Source of the DNA: Octopus vulgaris
Lineage: Eukaryota
Reading direction: 5' to 3'
DNA length: 64,000 nt
NCBI GenBank assembly: GCA_951406725.2
Contig: OX597823.1
Location: 65,162,001-65,226,000, forward strand
The notes beneath the pieces are model-generated. The model saw nothing but the letters and a program-made list of their open reading frames with translations, had not been told where the DNA came from and searched no databases. How positions within the stretch are numbered: position 1 is the first letter of the stretch; each line of letters starts with the position of its first letter. Of the stretch, positions 11,270-24,500 are shown piece after piece. The position numbers and the translations under genes are program-made.

Positions 11270-14161
11270 CATATACAGGTCTTTAAAAAATCTCTCTGAA
11301 AATTTTGTGGAAATGAAGAATAGGAAAGGAAAAAAATCAATATTCAGTTTAATAGCTTTGTGTCTCATATGTGCTTTTTATCTTTTCCTTCGAGCTGATA
11401 CTTCGGAAAATATCTTCATTAAACTTTACTCTTTGTTTCAATAGTTTCGATTTACTGTCACTCAAGAGGACGGAGTACTGTATTTCAGAGAAGTTAATGT
11501 AGTCCACTATATCCATTCCTTTGTTAGAAATATAATTACGATAATCTGAAGAAATATAGGAAATTACAGTTATTTCTAATATAAGTAGGTAGAATATTTA
11601 TTTTCTTCCACTTTTTCTTTTGGGTTTTCTAAGAAGAATGAAGCACTCTGTATTGACCTTTGCAGAGTGTTCTTGTCGGGTGAGATGTGAAAATTACTAT
11701 GAAGCAACGCTGCAACGAAATTTTGCCCAAACCAATCTTGTCTGAATTCTTGTAATAGAGTGAACTTCCCTGAAATCATACAAGAAGAAAGTATTGTTGT
11801 TCAATCAGGTAATGGAACTGCAATATCCATGGACTTTGGTCTAAGCATCTGTATAACTAAAATATCTTACCTGTTACTCACACAATGCCAACGGGGGCAG
11901 CAGGGGTGTCTTTACTCTGAATATGTATTTAGTGCATGATATATTGCATCTGACTGAAAGACAAAGTTGAATAGCCTTTATCGTAGAATTCGGCACTATC
12001 AAGACTTTATATAAACTGAACACCTACCATGCATATCACGTCTACTGTTTGTTTCTACAAGTAATACATATATTTCTCATTTCCCACATTACTTCTTCCT
12101 TCCTGATTAAAAAAAAAAAATCACATAAAACGCACCACATATGTGTGCCAGTATATCGGTCATTCGATCCTCTGACTAACAAGTCCAAGTGTATATCGTT
12201 AAGGCAAATTAACTGTGTGTGTGTGTGTGTGTATGTGTTTATTTGTGTGTGCGTATGATGTTTGCACGTGTGTGTGTGTGTGCGCACAAACGGTCATTTG
12301 GCGAAGTCCTGAGACCGTCGAATTGATAGCCTTGCAACTCCGATTCTTTGCTCTCTGAATTGAAATAGTGTCAAGGTTAACACTGTATTTCATCCTTTTG
12401 GGGTCGCTAAGCAAACCCCCAATTCTCTCTCGTGGACGACTCATCTCTTTTTCTCCCTATTTTCTGTCGGTCTTTCTTTTATCTAAAGGAAATCGGTTGT
12501 GGATAGATCAGTTGACGCATGGGCTCAGCCAAATCTGGAGACACCTAAAACGTGCCATGAAACGCAGTAACAAACACTGTTAAAATTTGAGAGCTAAATG
12601 TGTGTGTGAATGCATGAATGTATATATGTGTGTGTGTATGTGTGTATATGTATGTGTATGTATGCACGTATGTGTGCGCGTGATTTGTTGGAGATTCTAG
12701 CAGCTTAGTAGACTGCCGTCCCCTTTTTCTCTTGCTACGACACCTATTGAACCACTGAACATACTTCAGTCTTACTTGCCCTTCGGTTTATTGAGATTGT
12801 CCTGTACCTTTCCCTGGAAAACAACATAATATCAGATTATGAAGGTTTGAACGGCCAAACAAGACCTCCACAAATAAGACATCAGATTGCATTCTATTCG
12901 TCTATCCCATCGTTCCCCCAATAATGAATTTTTTTTTCTGTTTTGCTGCCAATATTTAAGATTGACGAAGTAGGACAAGCGGTAACACGCCAGACTAAAC
13001 TCTTCCTTAATGTTGTTGCTTTGGTCTTTCATTAGATTTCACAAACTCCGCCGGAGTCAATATTTCCTTACATCTTTCCAGAGTCAATGTAATAATTACT
13101 ACTATTGAGCTAATTGAATTAAAGCAGTCGTCTATAACTCTAAGGCACAAATTTAGTGTTGTGACTAATACAGGAAATCAATGTTTCGAGACATTTCTAT
13201 TGAAATCTGAACTTCTAATTATAAATGCCTTGTAAAATAATCAATGGGGTACTGGGTAACTAGCCAGTAAATCGGTCATTCGATCCTCTGACTAACACGT
13301 CCATGTGTATGTCATTACGGCAAATTAACTCTGAACGGTTCGCTCTACATCAATGCATTATAAATAGCATTGCGAAATATATCTCATTTTAAGTAGCTTG
13401 TAGGATGTTTATATATATATTGAAAATATTCCTTGCAGGAATAACTCGGTGAAGAGTGGGGTCTGCATGATTGACTTGTCTTAAATACAACGCCTTTACT
13501 GTGTTTTATGCGTACAAATAGCTGTGGGATTGAGGTCAGTAACTGAATTCTCTTAAGCTGATTTCAAAATAGTAACGCCATGTTTTTGTTTTCAATCTAC
13601 AGGGCTACATGCTCATGTAATTAGCTTTCGAATTTGGTGAGCATTGGTACGGATATGTAGAACCATAAAGGATTTCTCGTGTAGAAGCAGGCTTACATAA
13701 TTATGATAAGTCTGGACTGTTAAGTTACAAGTATAGTGTATAGTGTATCCCCACTTCACATGTAAGGCTTGTGTCGACCCGAGACTATGTTTAAATGCAA
13801 TGAGTCAAGATGTCACGTTGCTAAGTAAACTTCTAAAACTCTCAATCATGCTTGTGTCCATTTAGTAACAGTGTATTTGTTTATTACATTCTATATGGAC
13901 GGTAGACTTAATATGGCTCTCAGTATTATACCACCAACAGAAGACAATTTGGTACGTTTAAGTATTATTTAAAATATTGCTAGCATTTGAACTGAGTCAG
14001 CGGTCATTGCTAAATTTGTATTTTCTATACATTCGCTTGTATCAGTCACGCAAATCTTGCCCAAATAGTTATGTCTTCCCACCTTTTCTTGATAATTCCG
14101 TGACAGAAACTCTAACATGTAACTGTTATCATGTTGTTTTCTATTTGTTTTATTCTTTTAG

Positions 14162-14317
14162 GTTGATATACCAATTTACTTGGAAGGGGGAGAGACAGTT
14201 CTGGTGAATTTTGTCGGTCTGGGTTACGATTCCAATAGAATGGGCAATGCGATGCCATATTCAGCAGTATGTGATGTTTCGACCCCTGAGAAGCAGTTGA
14301 TCAAATTGCCAGATCAG
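14162..14317 (+). CDS. CFAP65: Internal exon (156 bp, phase 0/0) of cilia- and flagella-associated protein 65-like gene
   Basis: Pyrimidine-rich acceptor ttcttttag, donor CAG|gtaagt; encodes VDIPIYLEGGETVLVNFVGLGYDSNRMGNAMPYSAVCDVSTPEKQLIKLPDQ, resembling recalled vertebrate CFAP65 VDVPIHILG..LIHFQGVGY..MGD..VPGQ. Confidence 0.88.
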
Positions 14318-14339
14318 GTAAGTAAATTGTAGCTCTTTA

Positions 14340-14690
14340 ATTCTTCTATATGTCTCAACCATTAGACTGCGGCAGTTCTGGAACGCCTTCTTGAATAGTT
14401 TGATTGGCACCAGTATTTATTTATTTGCATTTTACCGGGCGACTATCGAAAGAGGACGTAAACGATCTAACTCCAGCTGTCAACGAGTGAGACATAAACC
14501 ACACTCTGGCACCATATGCATACACACGCGTGCACACACACACTCATATTCTTTTATTATTTCAGTAATTCAACTGCAGTCATGCTGGAGCATCAACTTA
14601 AGGGGTTTCAGTCGAACAAATCGAACCGAGGACTTGTTCTTTGTAAGCCTCGTGTTTATTCGATTTTTTTGCCGAACTGCTATAATAATA
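14340..14690 (-). mobile_element. Two degenerate SINE family A 3' fragments
   Basis: CTGCAGTCATGCTGGAGCATC..TTCTTTGTAAGCC..TTTGCCGAACTGCTA matches the family A reverse complement. Confidence 0.65.
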
Positions 14691-14691
14691 T

Positions 14692-14737
<46 letters not shown>

Positions 14738-15034
14738 TTAATAATAATAATAATAATGATGATGATAAGAGGAAGGGAAATAGAAAGTCAAAGTGAAACC
14801 AGATATTAATACTCGAATGCATTTAATACATGTATATTAAATGCTTTCAAAATGTTGATATTTGGTTTTGCTTTGTTAATATATATATTATACGACTCCA
14901 CACCTTTAAAATCTAATCAGGCGTTGCTTCATTTACATGGATAATCTGACAATGATTTGGAGGAGAATGTTCTGCTGAACCCGATTCAAAAATTCATGTA
15001 AAGAATATCGTTTCCAAGCATAAGAATCGCGCGT

Positions 15035-15064
15035 GCTCACACACACACACACACACACACAAAG

Positions 15065-15120
<56 letters not shown>
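15035..15120. repeat. (CA)n microsatellite
   Basis: Directly visible; source of the HT/CV-repeat ORFs. Confidence 0.95.
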
Positions 15121-15122
<2 letters not shown>

Positions 15123-15210
15123 TTTATATATATAATTATATATATAATTTTTTCCAGAATGAGAGAAAAAACCAAGGCTGTGAAGATTTTAGAACATTTA
15201 CAAATAGAAG

Positions 15211-15258
15211 GTCTTACAGTTGTTTTCAGGATATTTATTATATCCCTTCATCGGAGAC
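15211..15258 (-). ncRNA. Degenerate hammerhead-like motif (U4C core) in a probable Penelope-type terminal repeat
   Basis: gtct-CCGATGA-ag ggatat aataa atatcc t-GAAA-acaactgt-a-agac: helix I gtct/agac, 6-bp helix II, helix III one change from the palindrome ACAGCTGT. Confidence 0.55.
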
Positions 15259-15710
15259 GGTGTGAGAACATGGTTTAGCAATAGTTAATTAGATAAGATA
15301 CGAAATAGAGAGTGAAGTGGAGGAATGAAAATAGATGTGAAATATGCAGGGATATTGCATTTGTAGATCCATTATTTAGACAGAATGGTATGCATATAAG
15401 ATTCCAATGTCTTGTAAGTAAAATCCATTAGTATCTAAAATTGGACATTCCACGTTTCGAGTTTGTACACAGTGCTATTGAATCAAGGGTTTTATTTAAA
15501 GTGACCTAAAAGTAGGGAATGCACTTGTAAGGTCAAATCGAAAACAGGAGGTGATGAATAAAGACACGAAAGAAAAAAGAACAAGGAGAGAGATAATAAG
15601 GGAAAGTGTACCAGTTAGTAGCCTGTCAAGATAATTTGAAAGTAGGAATGGGGAGATAAGAGTGTTAGAGAGAAAAAGTTATTAGAGTGTAAAAAGATTG
15701 TTGTTATGTT

Positions 15711-15814
15711 TAACCTGAATAGTGGCTATATTTATATTGAAGTGATTTTAATACTACTACTATTATTTTTACTATTATCATTTCTTAAATATAGCCACGA
15801 AACACGTGTCGTTA
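15711..15814 (+). ncRNA. Type-I hammerhead-like motif with 13-bp helix II and a G8U substitution
   Basis: taac-CTGAATA-gtggctatattta..51 nt..taaatatagccac-GAA-ACACGTGT-C-gtta; all three helices pair and the triplet is GUC. Confidence 0.68.
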
Positions 15815-16509
15815 TTCTACCAAATATATACGTTTTATTTATTATTTTGCACATTACGTAATCATCGTTATAGGTTTTATCTTATATTTAATCTTTCTAT
15901 ATGTAATTTTCTAGATGGCATAATTTAATTTTTCGTTATTGAAGTGATAAAATGTGTTTTTTATCTAATATATATATATATTGATACACACACGAAATAT
16001 ACCACCATCTGATGTTTATAGGTAAAATATGTGAATATCCAAAAATTTATTGCAGTATTTTCCCCATTCTATTCCACTATGAATTCGTTTAAACGACCGA
16101 ACCGGTAGATGCTTTGTGAAAAATCTACAAATTGTTTTTCTATTTTCTATGACAATTTTCTCTGAGCGTTTCTGTTCGTCTTATTTTTTAATACATATAT
16201 ACATACATACATACATATATACATACATACATGCATACATACATACATACTATACAGTTGTCGAAACCATAATGATATGCGTTTGGCAGTTGATGATAGA
16301 AATGCATATTTGTTATGCTAGTTTGTAAAATTTTTCTTCGTCTCGGAATACTTATCTGTCTTTCATTCTAGTAAAGTGGAAAGTGCTTGTGAAATCATTG
16401 TTTCTAAATATTTATTGGTTGTTTTTCTCCATAGATTATCATATCAGGTTTGGATATTTGTCTTTATTTTCGGGAGGCTCTGTGGCACATGTCTATCTAT
16501 ATATGTGTA

Positions 16510-16665
16510 TGGGATGAGTTTCTTCCAGTTTCCGTCTACCAAATTCACTCAGAGGGGTCGTGTCAGCTTGAGGCTAAAACACTTGCCCAAGGTACTACGC
16601 AGTTGCTATTGATCCAAAGACCACATATTTTAGGGATCAAGCTTCTCAACCACACGACTACTGCC
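16510..16665 (-). mobile_element. SINE family A 5' fragment, degenerate
   Basis: CAGTTTCCGTCTACCAAATTCACTCA..ACACTTGCCCAAGGT. Confidence 0.7.
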
Positions 16666-17919
16666 TTAGTTTGAATTATGAACTCAATAACGTAATGGGA
16701 GATCACATAATAAATCTCGATCTAAATTACGTTGAGAGAGCATGAAGGAAGCATAACCGTTAAAATACTATTAATAATAGTTTCTCCTGTTAACATGACG
16801 ACAGGGAGGAGCGTACAAGCAATTATGATGTCAGCAGGGAAGTGCTTGAGGAGAGATGTGTAAGAGGAGGATAATGGTGGTGGTGGTCGTTGTGATTGTT
16901 AAATGGCTGATATTCTCACATCACAGTGTGAAATATTGATTAGTTGAGAGCGACGGGTATTTGTGATGGACGAGAACCGAGTGCGCAACAACGTGTTTCC
17001 GGTTTTGTACCATCTTGTGTGAGTCTCTTCTAACACAATCATCAGTTGTCCAACTGTCTTGTTAAGGGAATTTGATAGACAGCAACTATGAAAAACCCTG
17101 TTCTCCGTCGTGTGTCTATTTAACTATCTAGCTATCAATGCACGCACACACACACACACACAAACACGTACAACACACACATACACACGCATATACACAT
17201 GTACACACGCATATACACACATACACACAGATATATTCTTTTACCAAGAGCAATGCGACCATTCACCCTGAAAAGCTTAGTTGATCAGTTGACTCTGTAC
17301 ATATCAGAATCTAGTTTACATTAAGTTACGTTGACGTAGGCAAAAATACATCGATTGTCAAGTGCAGAGTTATAACTCAATAATTCCCAACAGTATATAT
17401 ACACATACACGCAAGTTAGGGTTAGGGTTAGGGAATCTGCTATGTTTCTGTCTCATAATCAGTAGCTAACACTGAGTTGTAGTAAAAGTCACTCACCTAA
17501 GTTGCCGGGGAGTTATTTCTGCACGTATTTGTGTGTGTGATGTTCACACGCATCTGTTTATTACTGCCTGTCTAAGTTATGTCAAATTGCTTCTTTTTGA
17601 TTTTTATTCAGTGTTTGCTAAATAGAATCGATAAAACAAGTAGTAGACCGAAATAAGTACCGAATCTAATATGACCTGTCATAAATGTTTGAACTGAATA
17701 TCCCAGCATGACTGGAATTGAAAGACTGGAATCATTACAAACTACAATGGATGTCAGTGGGAAATATCACCACCTATATATATATATATTCCGTTTCAGT
17801 AACTGAGGATAAAACTTTTTTTCATCAGTGGCCAGCATATAAAATGAGACCAATTAAGGTGAAAACTTTATATGCTCACAGGAGTATATATAAATATTTC
17901 ATTTATTTCTATAACTATA

Positions 17920-17974
17920 TTCTGCTGAAGATGGAAGAGACTTTGGGCAGATTCAGAAATTAGCTAATACAGAA
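17920..17974 (+). ncRNA. Type-I hammerhead ribozyme candidate with canonical core
   Basis: ttctg-CTGAAGA-tgga..16 nt..ttca-GAA-ATTAGCTAAT-A-cagaa: helix I ttctg/cagaa, perfect palindromic helix III ATTAGCTAAT, AUA triplet. Confidence 0.72.
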
Positions 17975-18982
17975 CTATCTGTTTTATACAACATTTCCGT
18001 TGGCTTATTGCGGCGAATTCAGCGTATGTGTTTGTGACTACTTTTAGTGGTGCAATCAAGTCGGAAATAATGTATGTGTATTACAGATTAAGGCGAACCG
18101 TTCCTTAGAGAGGCTTCAACGCAGTTTGCACTCACAAATGTCAATTTACTACGCAGTCATTGTGGAACTGAAACCCTTAAGCGTTTCGTTGGAAAGGAGA
18201 TTCCTTAACTACACGCTTATGTGCCTGCGTTCATTAGTATTAGACTTAGTTTAAGCATTGTAACTTTATCGTCGTTTGCATAGCCAATCGTTGATATATC
18301 TGATCAATAACGGATTCATTGAATGCTATATTATATATTGAGATATAATGGGAAATTGGCCGAAGTTTATCGTAACTTTTATTTCATAGTCACCCTCCCT
18401 TCTCTTCCACGCTCACCTCCGCTACCGCCATTTATCTTGAAAATGTATGTAGCCGGTCAGTGATTGCTCAAACGTTAGCAGCCGTCTTAACGGCTGGAGA
18501 AGCAGAGCTAACAGGTTATGAATTCATGCAATATATCTTGCCTGATTATAACTCAACTGAAGACATTTTTAAAACCTGCATAAGTTCCACCCACACACTG
18601 CTTCTCACAAATCAACCGGTTTAAAATTTACTTCTTAGCAATATTCAATATTCTAGCTCTATAAGTAGTTTGTTTTATGTTAACTTTTCAAATATTTCAT
18701 CCGCACCAGGCCTCTTTCTGTTAGCTATGCAGCTATATGGACGTGAGAGCTTCTAAAAGATCTTCTTCGACTTGCATCAAACAATTTGGTGATTCATCTA
18801 ATCTTTATAAATTGACCTGCTGACTCTAGCATCCGTCTACTCGAAATATTTGTTTAATAATTGATTTACTTATGTACACACACACACACATTAGTGTTTA
18901 GAGACTAACAAATGCAAACTCATAATGTCTTTTTATATTTCATTTATAAATCATTCTGGCATCAAGAATACATGCATAGATT

Positions 18983-19033
<51 letters not shown>

Positions 19034-19079
19034 AGACATGTGTGTGTATGTGTGTGCGAGTGTGTTTCTGTGTGCGTAT

Positions 19080-19460
19080 TCTTTTTATCTTTTACTTCTT
19101 TCAGTCATAATACTACCGCCATGCTGGAGCATCGCCTCGAACTCTGGTACTTATTCTGTCGGTTTCTTTTGACGAATCACTAAGTTGTGTTTTGACGTGG
19201 TGAGGGGGGGACAAACACATGCACACACACAGACACACACACACATAGATATATGTAAGTGCGCATGCACACACACTTGCACAAACATTTATATAATCCT
19301 CATCATCATCCTCATCATCACCATTGTTATTTAATGTCTACCAAATTCACTCACAAAATTTCGTTCAGACTTTGGCTGTAGTAGAAGACACTTGTCCAGG
19401 GCGCCGCTCTGTTAGACGGAACTCGAAATTACATGGTTACAAATATGGCTTCTTATCCAC
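19080..19460 (-). mobile_element. Degenerate SINE family A
   Basis: TTTCAGTCAT..GCCATGCTGGAGCATCGCC..GTCTACCAAATTCACTCAC..AGAAGACACTTG. Confidence 0.65.
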
Positions 19461-19539
19461 AAATCTATTTCTATACATAACACACATAAAATTCAGACGG
19501 ATGGCTGGATTAATCCTTCGAACTTTCAGAACTAGAAAG

Positions 19540-20773
19540 CAGAAAACCATGGTAGTCCTCTGGTGGACGTATTTCCTCAGCTACTTGGACTACTACTCAC
19601 AATTCTGCTTATCATAGAGTATAAAATTAACGGTGGAACTCGAAGTGATCCAACTATATGTTTGTTTTCAATGTGAAGAAGTGTAGGCTCTGTAAAACGA
19701 AAAGAACGTTAAGGAAGGCTATTATTAATCGTACTGAAATTGATAACCTCCATTGAGCTTTGAACACAGTCAAATTAATTCTCTTCAATTATAAGTGATT
19801 AAACAAAATTGGAATACATGTATGTTAAGTAAAAAATATGTCGGTGATAATTATGTCCTAATTACGAAGCATAATGATGGGGTAAACAAAGAATGATTAA
19901 ATTAAAGTCTAGGTTGATGGTTAACATAGACCAAATGCTTCAGTTCGACTTGCAATAATTCAAGCAAGACAGTTGACTTATTTATAGGCCGGAAGAAACA
20001 CAAAGACAAACTAGCTGCTGATTCTCCAGAACTTGAAGCAAGCAAAGAATCAAAGAATGGTTTGAAATGTAGGAGAAAAGAGTAGCTTTGTATAACATTA
20101 AACTGACTTGAGAAATACTTTGTGAAGATGTTGCAACAAAATATTCAGCAAATTGTGCTGAACCAAATATTGGACAGCAGATTTTTGATATTGATGAGAC
20201 TGGATATATGTGCGTACATTTAAATATATGCATCAGAAGGTGTGATTGCTGAATAACTTTGACACGGCACTTTACAATTCTTTCTTGGATAAATATTTAT
20301 ATTAATCCATGCATGCATTTATGTGTATGTGTGTTTGTATTGAGAAATACAAACTGCGACTGAATAAGAACACGGAACGAATTTTAGGATTTTGCAAATA
20401 CTTTCATTCATGAACGTATAACCATCATTTTTTTTTTAATTTATGAATTTACAACTTCGTAATATATTACAACTTTACCCCTCAGAAAAATTATACCTCC
20501 CCAAAAGGTGCAATAACCTCCCATAACTCAAATAATAACAATCACCAATTACCAATTACATGCAAGTTCATTTACAAACAAACTCTCATACAACCAATAC
20601 AGACCAAACTTTTTTTTAACGAAATTGCAATATTTTCACCAATTTCCTGGTCATGATTAATAGAACACAGAACTGGTTGACTATCATATAAAATTCAGAA
20701 AAAAGTATAAATTGTATACATTTTCTGTCTTTTGTAACATTTTTTACTACATATTTTTTACTACGTGGGGAAA

Positions 20774-20825
<52 letters not shown>

Positions 20826-21560
20826 GAATGTTCGTAGCATAGAGATTACGACATCCGGCTCATGGTCGTTAGACTGGAAGTTTGAAGGAACATATTGTAT
20901 CTTAGAATAAAGAAGCTAAATGCTGACTGACATATTGGTGGAATTAGCATGACATTAAACTGAAACCAGTACTAGTCCATCACACGGAAATACTTTGAAA
21001 GAAATGCTATACGCCATATAGAAAAATATAAAAATCAAACAAACAAACAAATGACTTGACTTACTGCGACTTTGCTTCAAGATTGGTTTAGTAAGCACGT
21101 TGTTCCTGCTGTTAAAGAATACTCTGTCGGGAATAATTTATTATTTTAGACACGGTTTGATTTTTTTTTTATAATGATTCTGAACATTAGAGGATAATAG
21201 AGGAAACTAAAGCGGTATTTTTGCTTCCAAATATCACAAGTGAAACTCAGCCAATTGATTAATCAGTAATATTAATCTTCAAAAGGTACTAAAAGAGGAA
21301 ATCTGTTAAACGGACTGTCAAGACCACTGATAAGGATGTTGAGCCTTTAATAAATGGATTCTGGAAAGTATACACTATCTGGAATGCTATCGATTATATT
21401 GAAGTCTCTCGGGATTTGATAAAGGGATTGTGAATATTAGGTTTCTGTGAAATTTTAAGTCCAAATTTAATACAAAATTTCAAAGGATTTGATGTGACCC
21501 TTGATGGTGACACAGCTTTTGAATCGGCTTCGTTTCAATGACACTGCAGAAGATAACAAT
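19540..21560 (+). mobile_element. Tigger/pogo DNA transposon fossil, interrupted by an insertion at about 20210-20860
   Basis: Remnant translations QQIFDIDETG (about 20176-20205), LQDWFSKHVVPAVKEY, VFLLPNITSETQPID*SVILIFKRY and FWKVYTIWNAIDYI match pogo/Tigger transposase motifs (QIFNVDETG, FLPPNTTSLIQPMDQGVI). Boundaries approximate. Confidence 0.8.
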
Positions 21561-21624
21561 GGATTGACTCAGGCTTTGCCTCTTTGACGTGCTATTGATG
21601 ATGGTGGTGATCATGATCTTGATA

Positions 21625-21840
21625 ATGAAGAAGAAGAAGGAGGAGGAGAAGTAGAATTTCTTTATTAACCATAAGGCTTTACATTAAGAAAACATTATGG
21701 ACCTTAACCAGTTGAGCATGTCCCTTAGTGAAGAAAAAGATGAAGAAGAAGTAGTAGTAGTAGTGGTAGTGGTATTATTATTATTATTATTAGTAGTAGT
21801 AGTAGTTGTAGTAGTAGTAGGAGGAGAAGAAGAAGAAGAA
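21625..21840. repeat. Compound trinucleotide repeats (GAA/GTA/TTA)
   Basis: Directly visible; explains the poly-E/V/L ORF 21697-21915. Confidence 0.9.
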
Positions 21841-22689
21841 ATCAGTATTGTTAAAGTTTCAGCAGTGAATAAATTGTTTGAAGAATATTTACACCCATGG
21901 AAGAATACGACCTAAATACAGAAAGACGGTGACTGGTTCGTAGAGTTATTAATTGCGATAGTTATACAACCTGCAGCAGATTATGTTCGCAAAAAAGTGG
22001 TGTTTTTCAAACTATTGGTAATCTTTGTAAAACCAAATTAATAATTAATCTGTATTAAACTACTGTATAATCATATTAGTTAATACTTTTATTAATTGCC
22101 AGTATTTTCATTCGTTCCTACCATTGTCCGTATATATTCTTTCGAAACAATTTCAAAGATGCTCCAAGGGGCAGAAAAATTGATAGAGGAGTGTTCTTTC
22201 TTATATTTGGAGTGTCACAATTTTTCATAGAAACCAAATAATCCCAATCGAACATACAAATATGACTATTTAGTTCGTACATTTGTACATATTTAACTCT
22301 CATGGAACAATACCTCATAAGATTAATATTGAAGGTCAAGTCATAAATTCAACGTTCAACCACTTTTTCAGAAGGGAACACTGCGTCTACAAAAGAGCTA
22401 ATGACTATTTAGTAAATCAACTCTTAAATCTATAAACCATGCTTGATATTATTGTAAGTTTGCATTCTCCCTTCCTACTACTAAGCATAACGCATTTCCC
22501 TTAGGTATAATGCTTCTTTTGTATATATATATTCGCTAATTAACTGAATAAATTGTATCTATTTTTCAAAGGTATATTATAAATCAACTGTGTCAGTGGA
22601 GTAATTTGTATGTTAATGTCTTCTGATAAAGAAGTTTTAATTTTGTCTAAGAGCATAAATACAAGAGTACACTCATGCATAAACACGCA

Positions 22690-23185
22690 CATGTGAGTTG
22701 TATCAAAAGGAATGCTAAACTAGGCATTAATGTTTTTATGAACTGACATAGGTTGTTCAAATTACATATATTTGTAAACACTTCATTAATATTATCGCTT
22801 CAGATTTTCAATATAGGCAAATAATAGTTCCAAGTAATACCAACCTGCCATCATTGAATTCTTAACGAAAGAACAAAGCTAGGCGACTGATATCCACAGA
22901 AGACTACAGGTTGTTCACTGAGGTCATACCACTGACCAAGAGGTGAAAGTTGCTGAAAGAATTGGGTAGAACAGTACACACCTGAATTTTTTTGTCAAAG
23001 GAGATTCGAGAGTTCGTTTCAAGGATGGCACAAATGTATTGCATGTGAAGAAAATGATTTTGAGTTGTAACTATGCATAGAAGAGGAATTATTCTACGAA
23101 TATATGCAACTGGAACAACCTATGTCAGATAATGAAAAAGTGATTATAAAAAGGCACTTCGGTATATTTTCGGTACAACCCTCGC
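22690..23185 (+). mobile_element. Old, internally deleted mariner relic
   Basis: TDQEVKVA..EFF..RWHKCIACEENDFE resembles a mariner transposase C-terminus; right end GGTACAACCCTCG is TIR-like. Confidence 0.5.
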
Positions 23186-23638
23186 ATATGTGTGTGTTAA
23201 TGTGTGTGCGTGTGTATGTTTGAGTATCTATCTATCTATCTATTTATACCCCTCCTAACGATTTGTCTATCCATTAATATATATATATATATATATATAT
23301 ATAGACCGTCCAATATTTCTCCGCCCGGCTTAGATCAAGTTAGGAGTATCCCTGATGCCACCCTCAAAAAGGATGCAACCAGTGAAATCGAACATGGAAC
23401 CATATGAGTAGGAAGCGAACATTCCCAAGCATACAGCTATGTCTATGTTAAATGCAATGTCTGTGAAAAGAGACATACCTGAGTCTACTTAAAGTTATTC
23501 TTCATGTAACTTTTATTTCAATAGTCGATCGATATATTGCTAAATGTTTATGATTCAATACTTAAATGAATTCTGATATATTTCTCAAAAATTTCCTACA
23601 GTAATGCGATTAACAATTCTTTGTGTTTTCTTTTACAG

Positions 23639-23782
23639 TTCGTGTTTCTATCTCTCCAGAAAATCGCATTTGGCAACGTTCCTCTCTTCTCAATGTCAAG
23701 ACGGATTTTGTTTGCAAACAACTATAGTTCTGAACGGAACGCAACTTTAGAATGGCATCTTAGCAATGAAGTTGATGAGGAG
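23639..23782 (+). CDS. CFAP65: Internal exon (144 bp, phase 0/0) of CFAP65-like gene
   Basis: Acceptor ttttcttttacag, donor GAG|gtaagt; encodes FVFLSLQKIAFGNVPLFSMSRRILFANNYSSERNATLEWHLSNEVDEE, resembling recalled CFAP65 NVFLSQSHISLGNIP..SRLLFLNN..FSW; in frame with the flanking exons. Confidence 0.9.
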
Positions 23783-24319
23783 GTAAGTTTCGGATAGCTT
23801 TACCAACTAGTATTCCCAAGTTACACTGTCTTTAAAACCTTAGTCGTAGACTCCTATACTAAATAATTTTGGTTGCATTTATGATACTTCCTAGGAAAGT
23901 TAAATCTTCCCTAGTTCTTGAGTTCAAATGCAATTTATATCCCCAGAGAAAATGAAAACCTAAGTCGATCACAATAGAATGTTAAAACAAAACGGAAAGA
24001 GCTAACTACTTCTTACCTTTTGTTCGAGCTCAAACATTAACATTATTTTAAAAATGTTGTTCGATAAAATTTACTCAAGTACTTAAGAGTACTTTATATG
24101 ATTTAATCGAATCCAGCAGTTTGAAAAGTTGCAATAACCTCGGCGGAATTTGAACATAAAACGTAATGTTCGGCAGCTAGATACCAGATAGCAGCTTGAT
24201 GATATTCGTCTCCGCTCAAAGTACTACTTGTGTTCATCTATGCATGCACACCAAACGTGCACGCAAACAAACATGCAAATACACATGGCTGTAAACGAGA
24301 GTCGCCGTCATACAAGCGC

Positions 24320-24500
24320 CGCTGTTCATTTTCACTTTTCCGTGGAAAACCCAGCCGGACATGGGAAATAGTACCCTGCTGGAAACAGCTGAAATTGGTG
24401 ACAAAAAGAGCATCTGACTGTAGATCTGACTCAACAAATTCAGTGTGACCCATGCAAGCATGCAAAAGTGTACTTTAACTGGTGGTGATGATGATGATAA
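24320..24500 (+). mobile_element. Degenerate SINE/LINE 3' tail ending in (TGA)n
   Basis: TGACCCATGCAAGCATGCAAAAGTGTACTTTAA followed by a GAT repeat; a similar style of tail occurs at about 47385-47550. Confidence 0.5.

Noticed and set aside
16990-17050. Minus-strand CTGATGA followed by a stem and a later GAAAC
   Set aside because: GAAA does not directly follow helix II and there is no helix I.
17416-17433. (TTAGGG)3 telomere-like repeat
   Set aside because: Too short to indicate a telomere or fusion site.
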